A DNA stretch of 64,000 nucleotides from an uncultured delta proteobacterium (lineage in GTDB: Bacteria > Desulfobacterota > Binatia > UBA9968). The position numbers and the translations under genes are program-made. This document shows positions 1 to 9,136 of the stretch, piece after piece (within the stretch, counting starts at the first letter, position 1; the number at the start of each line of letters is the position of its first letter). The notes beneath the pieces are model-generated. The model was given only the letters and a program-made list of their open reading frames with translations, did not search any database and was not told the origin of the DNA. The DNA lies in the NCBI GenBank assembly GCA_963760795.1, contig CAVXEP010000035.1, positions 46,872 to 110,871 of the forward strand, read 5' to 3'.

Positions 1-1014
1 ATGACACCAGACGCCCTGCACGTCCGACACGCCCGACTGTTCCAAATGATCCCAAATGCGCGCCGCGAATAGCGGGATACCGTAGCGTTCGGTGATCGGC
101 AGCAGTGGCGGATTGCCGAGCAGGATCGGATCGTTGCGGTACATGATTCTTTTCACCCGCACGACGCACTCTTCGCCGCTGTGAGTGTAGTAGCCGGGCC
201 ATTCGCCAAAGGGACCTTCGCTGTGGGTTTCTTCTTCCGGCGGCGGCATTTCACCTTCGACGACGATCTCCGAGGTTGCCGGCACGGGGAGTCCGGTGTA
301 GGGCGCGCGAATCACTTCGAGCGGCGCGCCGCGCAGGGCACCGGCGTATTCATATTCGCTAACCCCCGCTTTCGCCGCCGACGGCGCGGCCATCCAGGTC
401 GCCGGCTCGCAGCCGAGCACGATAGCGACTGGGCAAGGTTTGCCCGCCTGCCAGTATTTGCGGGCGATCTGCTTGCCGTGCTTTTGCTCAATGATCCAGA
501 GCGTCAAACGGTCTTTGCCGACAATGCAGGAGCGATAGGTGCCGACGTTGATCCAGCCGCTGTCAGGGTCTTTCACCACCACCATGTCGCCGGTGCCGAT
601 GTAGCGGCCACCGTCATGCTCGTGCCACTTGGGCGTCGGGAAAATTCCCAAGTCGACTTTGTCACCTTCGAGAATATTTTCCAGGATCGGTCCAGTGGCG
701 ACTTCTATTGGTGCGAAAGGTTTCAGATCACGAATCTTGTTGCGCCAGGTGCGGAGAATTTCCAGTTTCGGCGCATCGGTGGGCAGGCCAAGAGCGAGGG
801 CGAAACGGCGCGCCGTGGCGAGCACGTTGGCGGCGATGCGAAAGCCCTTGGGATATCCGGGAACGTTGTCGAATAGCAACAGCGGGCCTTCCTGCTCGGC
901 CATCAGCTCGGTCAAGCAGCCGATTTCGAGATTCCAATCGGCGCCGTCGATTTGTTTAAGTTCGCCGATGCGGGCGGTGCCGTCGATGAAAGTGCGTAGA
1001 TCGCTAAATGGCAT
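1..1014 (-). CDS. UbiD-family (prFMN-dependent) decarboxylase, 3' end runs off the window
   Basis: Not in the ORF track. Hand translation from ATG at 1014: MPFSDLRTFIDG...GADWNLEIG...LLFDNVPGYP...WHEHDGGRYIGT...VGTYR...EGPFGEWPGYY; frame stays open to base 1. Confidence 0.9.
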   Translation of the reverse strand, partial: MPFSDLRTFIDGTARIGELKQIDGADWNLEIGCLTELMAEQEGPLLLFDNVPGYPKGFRIAANVLATARRFALALGLPTDAPKLEILRTWRNKIRDLKPFAPIEVATGPILENILEGDKVDLGIFPTPKWHEHDGGRYIGTGDMVVVKDPDSGWINVGTYRSCIVGKDRLTLWIIEQKHGKQIARKYWQAGKPCPVAIVLGCEPATWMAAPSAAKAGVSEYEYAGALRGAPLEVIRAPYTGLPVPATSEIVVEGEMPPPEEETHSEGPFGEWPGYYTHSGEECVVRVKRIMYRNDPILLGNPPLLPITERYGIPLFAARIWDHLEQSGVSDVQGVWCH

Positions 1015-1053
1015 GAATCCTCGCTTCGCTCGGAAATGCGCATTCGCCTTTGG

Positions 1054-1797
1054 CTAATGCGTAGCGGCGTAGCAGCCGTCCATGAACATTTTGTTCAAGT
1101 CAGCCGGGGTTACGGCGCAGTACTCTGCTGAGTAGCCGGGGCGTTCGTTAATGCCTTCCTGGAGCAGGCGGACCAGCACATGCTGGGTCACCGCGCCATG
1201 GGCCATGCGGTCGAGATGGTCCATGGTGTCGGCTTCGTGATGCTTGGAGAAATAACTTGCCTCCGCGGTAGTCAAGCCGTAGTACCTGGTCAGCGATTTG
1301 AAAAAGTCCAAGCAAGATTCGCCAAAAGGATGTTCCCATAAGACCGAGAACCAATACTCTTGAATCTGCCCGTCGTTGATCAGCGTGCGGTGAAAGTCCG
1401 GCAGGGCGCGGCATTGCGGCAACATGGGTGCGAGCAAGACTTCTTCTTTCGTCAATCCGAGTGCGGCGCCGGTGCTCATCAGGATCTGAATATGGCCCGG
1501 AGGCGAGGGATGGCCGAACTCGTCGAGAACCTTCTGGGTGTAGACTTCCATCAGGTCGACGTTTTTGACGAAGAACCACAGGTGTTTGTAAAACGCCGCG
1601 GTATAGACCGAGTTGATCACCGGCACGAAGGCGCCCCAGTTTTTGTAAAACAGCTGGATGGTTTCTTTTTTAAGCTTGCCTTCTTTTAGTTCATCCATGA
1701 ATTTCGTTTTGTCGACCGTCTGTTTCCAGCGCTTGTCGCACTTGGCCGCCAGCTCGGCGACGTATTCCTTGGCCTGGCTTTCGGTCATCTTGAGCAT
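1054..1797 (-). CDS. Heme-oxygenase-like fold (TenA/PqqC/CADD-like) iron-containing redox protein
   Basis: Helical 247 aa with DEFG..PPGH, WE and YFSKHHEAD..DH metal-ligand-like motifs; GGAGG RBS upstream. Confidence 0.7.
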   Translation of the reverse strand: MLKMTESQAKEYVAELAAKCDKRWKQTVDKTKFMDELKEGKLKKETIQLFYKNWGAFVPVINSVYTAAFYKHLWFFVKNVDLMEVYTQKVLDEFGHPSPPGHIQILMSTGAALGLTKEEVLLAPMLPQCRALPDFHRTLINDGQIQEYWFSVLWEHPFGESCLDFFKSLTRYYGLTTAEASYFSKHHEADTMDHLDRMAHGAVTQHVLVRLLQEGINERPGYSAEYCAVTPADLNKMFMDGCYAATH

Positions 1798-1940
1798 TGC
1801 CTATTCCTCCCAGTCGATTCCGCGGTTAGACCTCATTTGCATATGGCAGGGTCGACGGGCTGTCAAGCCGAATGCGGCTTGCTCAAGCCAAGAACAGTAG
1901 GATAGAGTGAGAAAAGTTGAAACCACGGAAAGGGGAACTT

Positions 1941-2306
1941 ATGGAATTCTTAAATCTGCAAGAAGAGATGGCCAAGGGACAACGCAAGATCGATCTCTAC
2001 GGCACGGATAACTTCCGGTCGTGGCTACTCTATTTCGTTCCCGGCGATGGAACGGATATGCACTATCACGCCAGTCCGGAAACCTTTTTGGTTTTCTCCG
2101 GCAACGGAGTGGTCAAAGGTCTCAAGGGCGAGGAGAAGCCGATCAAGCAGCACGACGTCCTCTGTCTTGCCGCCAAGGATTACTATCAGATTGTGAATAC
2201 CGGAACCGAGCCTTTGGTGCTGTTCGGCAACCGCTCCGAGGCCTTCGGCGGCGCGCATATCCTGGCCGACGGCAAGGATCGCAGCAAGATGCAGCAGGGT
2301 GCGTGA
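1941..2306 (+). CDS. Cupin domain protein
   Basis: MHYH..PETFLV.SG cupin motif; AAGGGG RBS before ATG at 1941. Confidence 0.8.
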   Translation: MEFLNLQEEMAKGQRKIDLYGTDNFRSWLLYFVPGDGTDMHYHASPETFLVFSGNGVVKGLKGEEKPIKQHDVLCLAAKDYYQIVNTGTEPLVLFGNRSEAFGGAHILADGKDRSKMQQGA

Positions 2307-2340
2307 TCGGCGCGCTAGTGAGCAGCCGTTGGACCGCGAA

Positions 2341-2369
2341 TTGACTTCGGACAGGGTAGTGGTTAATTT
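2341..2369 (+). promoter_or_regulatory. sigma70-type promoter
   Basis: TTGACT-17 bp-TAATTT ending 32 nt before the FmdB-family ATG. Confidence 0.55.
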
Positions 2370-2400
2370 ACCTGGCAGTTTCGCAAGTTGAGGATTTTTC

Positions 2401-2778
2401 ATGCCTATCTATGAGTATAGCTGTCAGAAATGCGGTGTGGTCGAGGTCACCCAAAGGATCACAGAAAAGGCCCTGGCCAAGTGTCCGACCTGCAAGAGCA
2501 GGGTCAAAAAGCTGATTTCCAACACCTCGTTTCAATTGAAGGGTACCGGCTGGTACGTCACCGACTATGCTCGCAAAGGGCAAAACGGCGAGTCGAAAAG
2601 CGATAACGGTTCGAAGTCCTCGTCGTCATCCGATTCAAAGAGTGACTCAAAGAGTGATTTAAAGAATGATTCAAAGAGTGAATCAAAGAATGAATCGAAG
2701 AGCGAAACCAAAAAGAGCGAGAGTTCTTCGACCGGCAGCGAAAAATCGTCATCGACCACCAGCACGGCTTCGACCTAG
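2401..2778 (+). CDS. FmdB-family zinc-ribbon protein with Ser/Lys-rich tail
   Basis: [12 protein letters not shown]...CPTC...[13 protein letters not shown] signature. Confidence 0.9.
   Translation: MPIYEYSCQKCGVVEVTQRITEKALAKCPTCKSRVKKLISNTSFQLKGTGWYVTDYARKGQNGESKSDNGSKSSSSSDSKSDSKSDLKNDSKSESKNESKSETKKSESSSTGSEKSSSTTSTAST
2632..2715 (+). repeat. In-frame 12-nt degenerate tandem repeat, about 7 copies
   Basis: gattcaaagagt/gactcaaagagt/gatttaaagaat/gattcaaagagt/gaatcaaagaat/gaatcgaagagc/gaaaccaaaaag, encoding [DE]SK[SN]-like units. Confidence 0.85.
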
Positions 2779-2808
2779 CCGCGACCCAGATCATCATCGG
2801 CTCATTAT

Positions 2809-2841
2809 CAGCGGCGCCTAAGTGGCGCCGCTGGTCGTTTT
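2809..2841 (+). terminator. Probable intrinsic terminator
   Basis: CAGCGGCGCC-taagt-GGCGCCGCTG followed by GTCGTTTT. Confidence 0.55.
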
Positions 2842-2944
2842 GGGCGATGTTAAGTATCGGTTCGGGGGGCTAAATAGGTCTAGATTTAGCGCCGCATTTT
2901 CGCTATAGCTGGGGCATAAAGAAACTTGAAGGAGGTTTTAGACA

Positions 2945-3667
2945 ATGGCACAGACGATTGAGAATATTGTTGATCCCAATGACTCCGGCTTATCATCGGA
3001 AATGGTGAAGATCGGCGACTTGAACGCGTATGTTTCGCGGCCCAAGGACGGCAAGAATTTGGGCACAGTCATCGTGATTCACGAAAACCGTGGTTTGGTC
3101 GGGCATATTAAGGACGTCACCCGCCGGTTTGCCAAGGATGGCTTCGCGGCGATCGGGGTTGACCTGATGAGCCGCATCGGCGGCAGCGACAAGTGGAATG
3201 GCAGCGACGAGGCGACCAAGGAAATCGGCAAAATAACCGGCGCGATGGCGGTTGAAGATTTGACCTCGGCGGTCGCTTATATGAAGAAACAAAGCTACGT
3301 CAACGGTAAAGTCGGCGTGGTCGGCTACTGCTGGGGTGGCGGCCAGTCGCTCAACTTCGCGACCAAGTGCAAGGATTTGAATGCCGCCGTGGTTTACTAC
3401 GGCCGCAATCCGGATCCGCTCGATTCCGTCGCCAATATCCCTTGCCCGGTGATGGGTAACTACGCAGCTGACGACGCCAACATCATGCCCGGTGTCGAGC
3501 CTTTGAAAGCGGCACTGGCCAAGGCCGGCAAGAGCTTTGACTGCAAAGTGTTTGACGGCGCCAAACACGCCTTTAACAACAATACCAATGCCGACCGTTA
3601 CAACCCCGATGCGGCGAAAGATGCCTGGGGCAGAACGACGAGTTTTTTCAAAGCTAACTTGTCCTAA
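2945..3667 (+). CDS. Dienelactone hydrolase family protein
   Basis: VIHENRGL, GYCWGG nucleophile motif, HAF catalytic His. Confidence 0.9.
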   Translation: MAQTIENIVDPNDSGLSSEMVKIGDLNAYVSRPKDGKNLGTVIVIHENRGLVGHIKDVTRRFAKDGFAAIGVDLMSRIGGSDKWNGSDEATKEIGKITGAMAVEDLTSAVAYMKKQSYVNGKVGVVGYCWGGGQSLNFATKCKDLNAAVVYYGRNPDPLDSVANIPCPVMGNYAADDANIMPGVEPLKAALAKAGKSFDCKVFDGAKHAFNNNTNADRYNPDAAKDAWGRTTSFFKANLS

Positions 3668-3695
3668 TACAAGACAAGCGGGCTGGGTTAACAGC

Positions 3696-3747
3696 AAAAG
3701 CGGTATGCGGCTTCCTGATCAGGGGAAGTCGCATACCGCTTTTTTTT
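3696..3747 (+). terminator. Intrinsic terminator, likely bidirectional
   Basis: AAAAGCGGTATGCGGCTTCC...GGAAGTCGCATACCGCTTTTTTTT between convergent genes. Confidence 0.85.
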
Positions 3748-3824
3748 GTCAATTGTAATGTGTCGGTTGGGTAAGTCCGGGTGCGACATTATGTCTGCGA
3801 GCCGCCGGGAGCGCTTGGTGGAGT

Positions 3825-4145
3825 TTATTTCTTTTCTTCGAGTTCAGGCCGTCGGCCCACGCCGGTGCGGGCAAGCTCCGGGGTGATGACGTAGGGCTCT
3901 TGAAAGGTGTCGCGCCAGATTTGCCGGGTTAGTTCGGCGTTGCCGCCGGTGACGACGTAGGAAAGCGCGCCGCTGATCGCACCGACGCTGATGACGATCG
4001 CTTTGATCGGCAGGAACCACATATTGCCGGCACTGACGCCGACGGCGACGCCGGCTTTTTCAATGTTGTCCTCGGCGCGTAAGGTTGGCGGCGCCAGGGC
4101 AACTAGTGTCAAGGCTATCACGCCCGTTAGTATGTGGTTTTTCAT
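3825..4145 (-). CDS. Hypothetical exported/membrane protein
   Basis: N-terminal signal peptide (LRA cleavage-like), Gly-rich hydrophobic segment, GAGG RBS. Confidence 0.7.
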   Translation of the reverse strand: MKNHILTGVIALTLVALAPPTLRAEDNIEKAGVAVGVSAGNMWFLPIKAIVISVGAISGALSYVVTGGNAELTRQIWRDTFQEPYVITPELARTGVGRRPELEEKK

Positions 4146-4150
4146 TTCAT

Positions 4151-4603
4151 TTATCCTCTACCGAAAAATCTTTCACGGATGGCGTCGACGCCATGGGTGG
4201 GGTTCCAGTAGCGGCGCACGCCGAAATAGTAGCAGCAAGCTTCGTTATCGAGATCGTTGTTAAAGCAACGTAACTGGCCGTCTTGGAAGCGCACCCGGGC
4301 CAGGCACGTGCCGCCGGGTACCGATGAGGTCATGCACTCCATGACCACGCCGATGCCCCATTCTTCGTAGCGCCGATGATTGACCTCGTCGCCGACTCGC
4401 AGGAAAAGACGCTTGCCGTCGTTGAGCGCGACCCCGTTTTCGCGGCGGCGTTGGAAATGTTTGAGCGTGAGATCGACATTGGGGACGGCGGGCTTAGTCA
4501 GTGACGTTGCGCTTGACGCGGGCGATTTGGCCTGTGGCGCCGTGGCAGTTTGGCCTTTGCGCGGCGCGCCGCGTTTTCTTTGCGGTAACTTGAGTTTGCG
4601 CAC
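4151..4603 (-). CDS. Hypothetical protein with DUF3553/SH3-like beta-barrel
   Basis: VGDEVNH..YEEWGIGVV...VRFQDG pattern after a basic low-complexity N-terminus; GTG start with GAAGG RBS. Confidence 0.6.
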   Translation of the reverse strand: MRKLKLPQRKRGAPRKGQTATAPQAKSPASSATSLTKPAVPNVDLTLKHFQRRRENGVALNDGKRLFLRVGDEVNHRRYEEWGIGVVMECMTSSVPGGTCLARVRFQDGQLRCFNNDLDNEACCYYFGVRRYWNPTHGVDAIRERFFGRG

Positions 4604-4785
4604 AACTGATCCTTCGATTCACAGGCCCTTTAATTTTCGCCGGCAGCCGGTCGGAATTTCCCTGGACTCATAATCCCAAATATCCGGTTCAATAGTCAAG
4701 GTCTACCCGCCCTGGCGAAGATAAATTTATTCACCCTGTTAAGTTGGCATAAGGCGCCAGCGGAACTCGTTGTGGTTGGCAACCA

Positions 4786-5655
4786 TCACCGCAAGAACGG
4801 TAGGAGTGCTGCCACTAATGCCTTCGGATTGTCTTGATGCACCATGTGGCCGGCACCGTCGATAACCAGATGTCGCCGGTTGGCGATGGCATCGTAGCGT
4901 TGTTGTTTGTCGGCGCGCTTGGTCTGATGGCTTTGCTTGCCGTCGACGATGAGCACGGGGCAAGCGATGCGGCGGAGAAATTCGATGGCCTGGGCGGTGT
5001 AGAAGGGCTGCGGCGCCGCCGTGCGGTGCAGCGGATCGAACTTCCAAAGCCATTTGCCAGCGTCATTTTGTTTCATGGCGGCCTGTGCCAGTGCTGCGGC
5101 AAAAGCTTCCTGCAATCGAGGATTGGTCTGGCGTAATTGATCGGCGCCGGCCGCGACGCTGGAGTATGCCCGAAAGTGATTGCGGCCGCGCTTGCGGATC
5201 TCGCCGATCCATTGAGCCATGCGCAGCGGCGCGTCGGCAAAGTTCATCCCGACCGGGCCAACGCCTTCGATGAGCGCCAGTTTGATCACCCGCTCCGGGA
5301 AGGCGCCGGTGTAAAGCAGCGATATCGTGCCGCCCATGGAGTGGCCGATGAGTTTTATGGATTGAACGCCGAGAGCTTGGATCACGCTATCGAGGTCGAG
5401 TACGTAGTCGGGAAAATGGTAATAGCCGCCATCGCTCACCCAGCCGCTATCGCCGTGGCCGCGGCAGTCGGGAGCGACGATCCACAGCGGTCGTGGGTTG
5501 CGCCGTTGTAACTCGGCGACGAAGGGCGTCCAGCTAAAGGCGAGATCGAGAAAACCATGCACGAGCACCAATGGCTCAGTGTCCGGATCACCCCACTCGA
5601 GACAATGAATCGGCAAACCGAAAGAGTCGACGGAGCGATGGCGAGGCTCGGACAT
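4786..5655 (-). CDS. Alpha/beta hydrolase
   Basis: LVHGF, DCRGHGDS, GHSMGG, GAGHMVHQDNP. Confidence 0.9.
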   Translation of the reverse strand: MSEPRHRSVDSFGLPIHCLEWGDPDTEPLVLVHGFLDLAFSWTPFVAELQRRNPRPLWIVAPDCRGHGDSGWVSDGGYYHFPDYVLDLDSVIQALGVQSIKLIGHSMGGTISLLYTGAFPERVIKLALIEGVGPVGMNFADAPLRMAQWIGEIRKRGRNHFRAYSSVAAGADQLRQTNPRLQEAFAAALAQAAMKQNDAGKWLWKFDPLHRTAAPQPFYTAQAIEFLRRIACPVLIVDGKQSHQTKRADKQQRYDAIANRRHLVIDGAGHMVHQDNPKALVAALLPFLR

Positions 5656-5667
5656 GGCGCGGGCGGG

Positions 5668-6141
5668 CTAGATGCGTTGGATCGGCACTTCGACGAAGTC
5701 GGCTTTCTCACTCGACCACGCGAAGGCTTTGATCGCTTTCACGTTGCGGTCGTAGATCGAGGCGACAATTTGCGCCGCTTCGGGATAAGTCGGTTCTCCA
5801 AAAGGAGTAGCAGCATCACGATCCTCGGGCGAAAAGTAGGCTGGATGATTTGGGTGCGAGTGATAAAACGCTTTAAGCGTGTAGCCGATTTTCCCCGCTT
5901 CAAGCAAAAGCGAGTCTAAGACTCTAACGTCCATGTTGTAAGCGATGGCCGCCGTGCGCGGATGGGTCTTGGGATCGAGGGCGTGGAGTTCGTTCTGGAG
6001 ATTCCTCAAGCGTTGAGCGCGATCGGTTACTCCGTTTGAAAGCACGACACCACAGCACTCTTCAGGAAACTCGTCTTCGGCATGGCGTGTGATTTCGTTC
6101 CACGCTTCTTCAGTTAGCACGACTTCGGTTTGCATGCTCAT
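5668..6141 (-). CDS. JAB/Mov34 (M67) metallopeptidase, Mec-like
   Basis: PEECCG and YHSHP..PAYFS.ED JAMM motif. Confidence 0.85.
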   Translation of the reverse strand: MSMQTEVVLTEEAWNEITRHAEDEFPEECCGVVLSNGVTDRAQRLRNLQNELHALDPKTHPRTAAIAYNMDVRVLDSLLLEAGKIGYTLKAFYHSHPNHPAYFSPEDRDAATPFGEPTYPEAAQIVASIYDRNVKAIKAFAWSSEKADFVEVPIQRI

Positions 6142-6297
6142 AGTATCTCATGTGCCTCCGCGCCGACTGGAATCCTTTAGCACAAGAAACTCCGCAGCGC
6201 CATTGTGGCGCGCTGACCATCGAACCGATGGCACCGCGGCCAGCGTCCAACACTCGGGTAGGCTCTGACATCGAAAAATAGACACAGAAAAGTTGAA

Positions 6298-6993
6298 CTA
6301 GAAAGTCGGCGCTTTGCGATTAGTGTAACGCTTGTAGGCATCGAGCACGAGGGTTGCGTACTCTTGGGAGAACTCTTCATTGTTCTCCAAGCGGTTCTGC
6401 AATTCCGACGGCCCGGCATTGTAGGCGATCAAGGCGAGGTTGAGATTGCGAAATTGTTTTCTCAGATCATGCAAATAGTAGACGCCCATGCGGATGTTCA
6501 AGATCGGATCGTCAAGGGACTCTGGCCGGTACGTGACCGGCTTGACGCCGAGCTCGCGGCCCAGAGTGTCGGTTAAGAACTTGCCGGTGTCGGGCATGAT
6601 TTGCATGATGCCGCGTGCGCCCACCGGCGAGATTGCCGAGTATTGAAAGCGGCTTTCCACTTCGATCACCGCAAGGACCAGCATCGGATCGAGGTTGCGC
6701 TTCAAACTTTCTTCGAGGATGGCTTCGGAAACCCGCCAGGCTTCGGAATCGGTAATATCGGCACGATGGGATTTGACGATGTTGTAAACTTTAACCAGCT
6801 CTTTGGGACGGGGTCTTTCGACCACTTCGACGATCTTGACGATTTCGGTAATTTTGGGAGATTTGCCAGTTTCCGGAACGCCTCTGAAAGCCAGCAGCGC
6901 CGGCGTAAACAATGCTATGGCAAGGACCAGTTTCGCACAGGCGCTGCCGCAGCCTAAAGTACGAGTGTGCGTTTTTTTACGACGTGTCTGCAT
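6298..6993 (-). CDS. Lytic transglycosylase (SLT domain)
   Basis: VIEVES, GARGIMQIMP, ALIAYNAGP motifs; N-terminal TM segment. Confidence 0.9.
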   Translation of the reverse strand: MQTRRKKTHTRTLGCGSACAKLVLAIALFTPALLAFRGVPETGKSPKITEIVKIVEVVERPRPKELVKVYNIVKSHRADITDSEAWRVSEAILEESLKRNLDPMLVLAVIEVESRFQYSAISPVGARGIMQIMPDTGKFLTDTLGRELGVKPVTYRPESLDDPILNIRMGVYYLHDLRKQFRNLNLALIAYNAGPSELQNRLENNEEFSQEYATLVLDAYKRYTNRKAPTF

Positions 6994-7059
6994 ACTTTAT
7001 TCCTAATATTGATTTCGCTGAAACCGCTGGCGCGTTTCGAAAGTTCGAAAGCTTGGGGT

Positions 7060-7088
7060 TAACTATCAAACGGGTTCGATCAAGTCAA
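7060..7088 (-). promoter_or_regulatory. sigma70-type promoter for the SLT gene
   Basis: Minus strand TTGACT-17 bp-TAGTTA with TG extended -10. Confidence 0.5.
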
Positions 7089-7180
7089 TCGCAAAATAAA
7101 AAAATGCTACTTGCCCAATCGAGAAATCGCGGCTGGATACGTGAAAATATTTCTCCTCAAAAACGCTTTTCCACGCCGCG

Positions 7181-7218
7181 AAAAACCAGGGGCAAGGAAA
7201 TCTTCCTTGCCCCTGGTT
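7181..7218 (-). terminator. Intrinsic terminator after the second UbiD gene
   Basis: AACCAGGGGCAAGGAA / TTCCTTGCCCCTGGTT 16-bp stem with U-tract on the minus strand. Confidence 0.85.
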
Positions 7219-7242
7219 GTCAACTTGACTTGATGTGTGAAA

Positions 7243-8814
7243 TTACCGGCCGGTGCGCGCCAGGGAATGAACCCAGCCCTGCATGCGGTTCTTGGCGTTC
7301 TGAATGTCTTTGTCGCTGAACCATTTCTTCAGATCGACTTTGTCGACCGGATAGACGGGCCGCATGAAGTCGCTCTCATAACCGAATGGCACGGTGGCGT
7401 CGATGCCCATGCCGCCTTCGAAACTGGTATTCGATGCCGTCCACTCTTTTTCGCCGGCAGTCATGCGCTCGGCGGGCATGAAGGTTTGGCCGCGGCCGCC
7501 GGGCAGCGGATTGATGATGTCGGTCTTGGGATTGACGCGCGTGGTGATGTTCCACATGATGTCGTCCATGTCGTAGGGATCGCTGTCTTCGCTGACGGCG
7601 ACCACCACGCGTGAACCTTGCGAGGTGGCGAGGATCGCCGCCATGAAATTGCGCTGCCAGCCTTCTTCGATGCGGTTGCGTTTCTTCACTTGAATGATCG
7701 CGCCGCCCCAATCGGTCATGCAGTAGGGAATATTGACGTCCATGATGATGCCGGGCTGCATTCTTTCGCAGAGCTCGAACATCGCCGCTTCGCGCACCGT
7801 GGTATCGATGTTGTGGTCGTCGAGGGTGTGCACGCCGAGCGGGAAAATGATCGGCTTGCCTTCGCGCTTACGCGTGGTCACGGCGGTGACGTGGAAGGTC
7901 GGCGCTTTGTAGGCTTTGCCCATGTAGCCGGCCCACTCCGGATGGAAGTGGAAGCGCCCCTGAATGCCGGCTTTTTCGGACTCCGCGGTTTCGAAACGAC
8001 GATCGCGCGGGTTGACGTATCCTTCGAGAATGACTTCCGCATCGGCCAGTCCGTAAGCGTCGACCGTGCGCGCTTTGACCAAACGCATGGGCGCGCCTTG
8101 GACGGCGCCGGCGATGCCGACTTCATCGCAGCCTTGCGGCAGGATGACGTAATCGAAACCGGCGCCGGCGAGCAGCGATCCCGCCACCGGCAAGCCGAAG
8201 TTCATGGTGATCGGCACCATTTTATTATCTTTGTAATACTTGCTGACGACCTGCCACATGTGCGAGCCGGGGGAGATCTGGAAAGTGCCGACATTGCCCC
8301 AGCGGAAATTCATGCGGTTATAACCGAGATCGGTGCCGCCGTTAAAATAGTCGCCGGATATCAAACGATTGCCGGAACCTACGGTCAATTCGGGTTCGAC
8401 GTCGGTATGACGGATCGGCACGACGAAGTCGTTGGCTTCCGCCGGCTTCTCATAAACTTCCTCTTGCACCGGCGCGTCTTTTTGATCGACGACGATGGGC
8501 GCGATCGGATGTGTGATCGCATAGGCGAGCTTGCGGGTGCGATCGGCGTGATCCTTCCAGCCGAACATCTTGTTGATGACGTTCATGTCGCCGAATAAAT
8601 TGGTGACACAGCGATGCTGCGGCTTGCCTTTGACGTTATTGAAAAGGATCGGGCAACCGCCGTCGAGCTTTTTCTGAATGCCGGTGAGTTCCAGGTTAGG
8701 GTCGACCTCTTTGTCGGTGACAATGATGTCCCCTTCTTTTTTCATCCACTCGATCGCACTGCGTAAATCCCTTGCTTCCTCCGGCGATGCGCCGTCTCGC
8801 TTAGCTTGTGCCAT
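7243..8814 (-). CDS. UbiD-family decarboxylase (divergent clade)
   Basis: DLRSAIE..EVDP.LE..ILFNNVKG, GAPMRLVKARTV..ADAEVILEG, EWAGY, DIMW.ITTRV.P..D, GMGIDATVP. Confidence 0.85.
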   Translation of the reverse strand: MAQAKRDGASPEEARDLRSAIEWMKKEGDIIVTDKEVDPNLELTGIQKKLDGGCPILFNNVKGKPQHRCVTNLFGDMNVINKMFGWKDHADRTRKLAYAITHPIAPIVVDQKDAPVQEEVYEKPAEANDFVVPIRHTDVEPELTVGSGNRLISGDYFNGGTDLGYNRMNFRWGNVGTFQISPGSHMWQVVSKYYKDNKMVPITMNFGLPVAGSLLAGAGFDYVILPQGCDEVGIAGAVQGAPMRLVKARTVDAYGLADAEVILEGYVNPRDRRFETAESEKAGIQGRFHFHPEWAGYMGKAYKAPTFHVTAVTTRKREGKPIIFPLGVHTLDDHNIDTTVREAAMFELCERMQPGIIMDVNIPYCMTDWGGAIIQVKKRNRIEEGWQRNFMAAILATSQGSRVVVAVSEDSDPYDMDDIMWNITTRVNPKTDIINPLPGGRGQTFMPAERMTAGEKEWTASNTSFEGGMGIDATVPFGYESDFMRPVYPVDKVDLKKWFSDKDIQNAKNRMQGWVHSLARTGR

Positions 8815-9136
8815 TCTTTCCCTCCGAATGATTTACTTTTCTGATTTCAACGCGGTAGAAAAATCCCATAAATCGACAGCTTTTTAGACCTAAACGGCAA
8901 AAAAATTGATGGGAGATTATCCAAATCAGGCTGTTTGAACGGTGCCTAGGATTATACAGAATTTATCTCAAAGTCAACGAACGCTCGGTCGATCGGCGCG
9001 GCCGATTCGATATCCTGGCGCCGTTCCAATCGCGTCGCGCCGCCACGGTTGAACGGGAACCTTTGGGCGTAACTGCGACTTTACAGTTACTATGCGGCCT
9101 GCTATCTGTGCTGGATTATGTTTTTGAGGAGAATTT

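Noticed and set aside
181-1057. Plus-strand ORFs 181-876 and 629-1057
   Set aside because: Shadow frames antisense to the UbiD gene at 1-1014; the same applies to most long antisense ORFs in the track.
6170-6290. Small hairpins ending in GCTAAA upstream of the JAB peptidase, resembling a SAM-II/V riboswitch
   Set aside because: The GAUUU/AAAU pseudoknot elements are missing; TGCTAAAG fits an extended -10 just as well.
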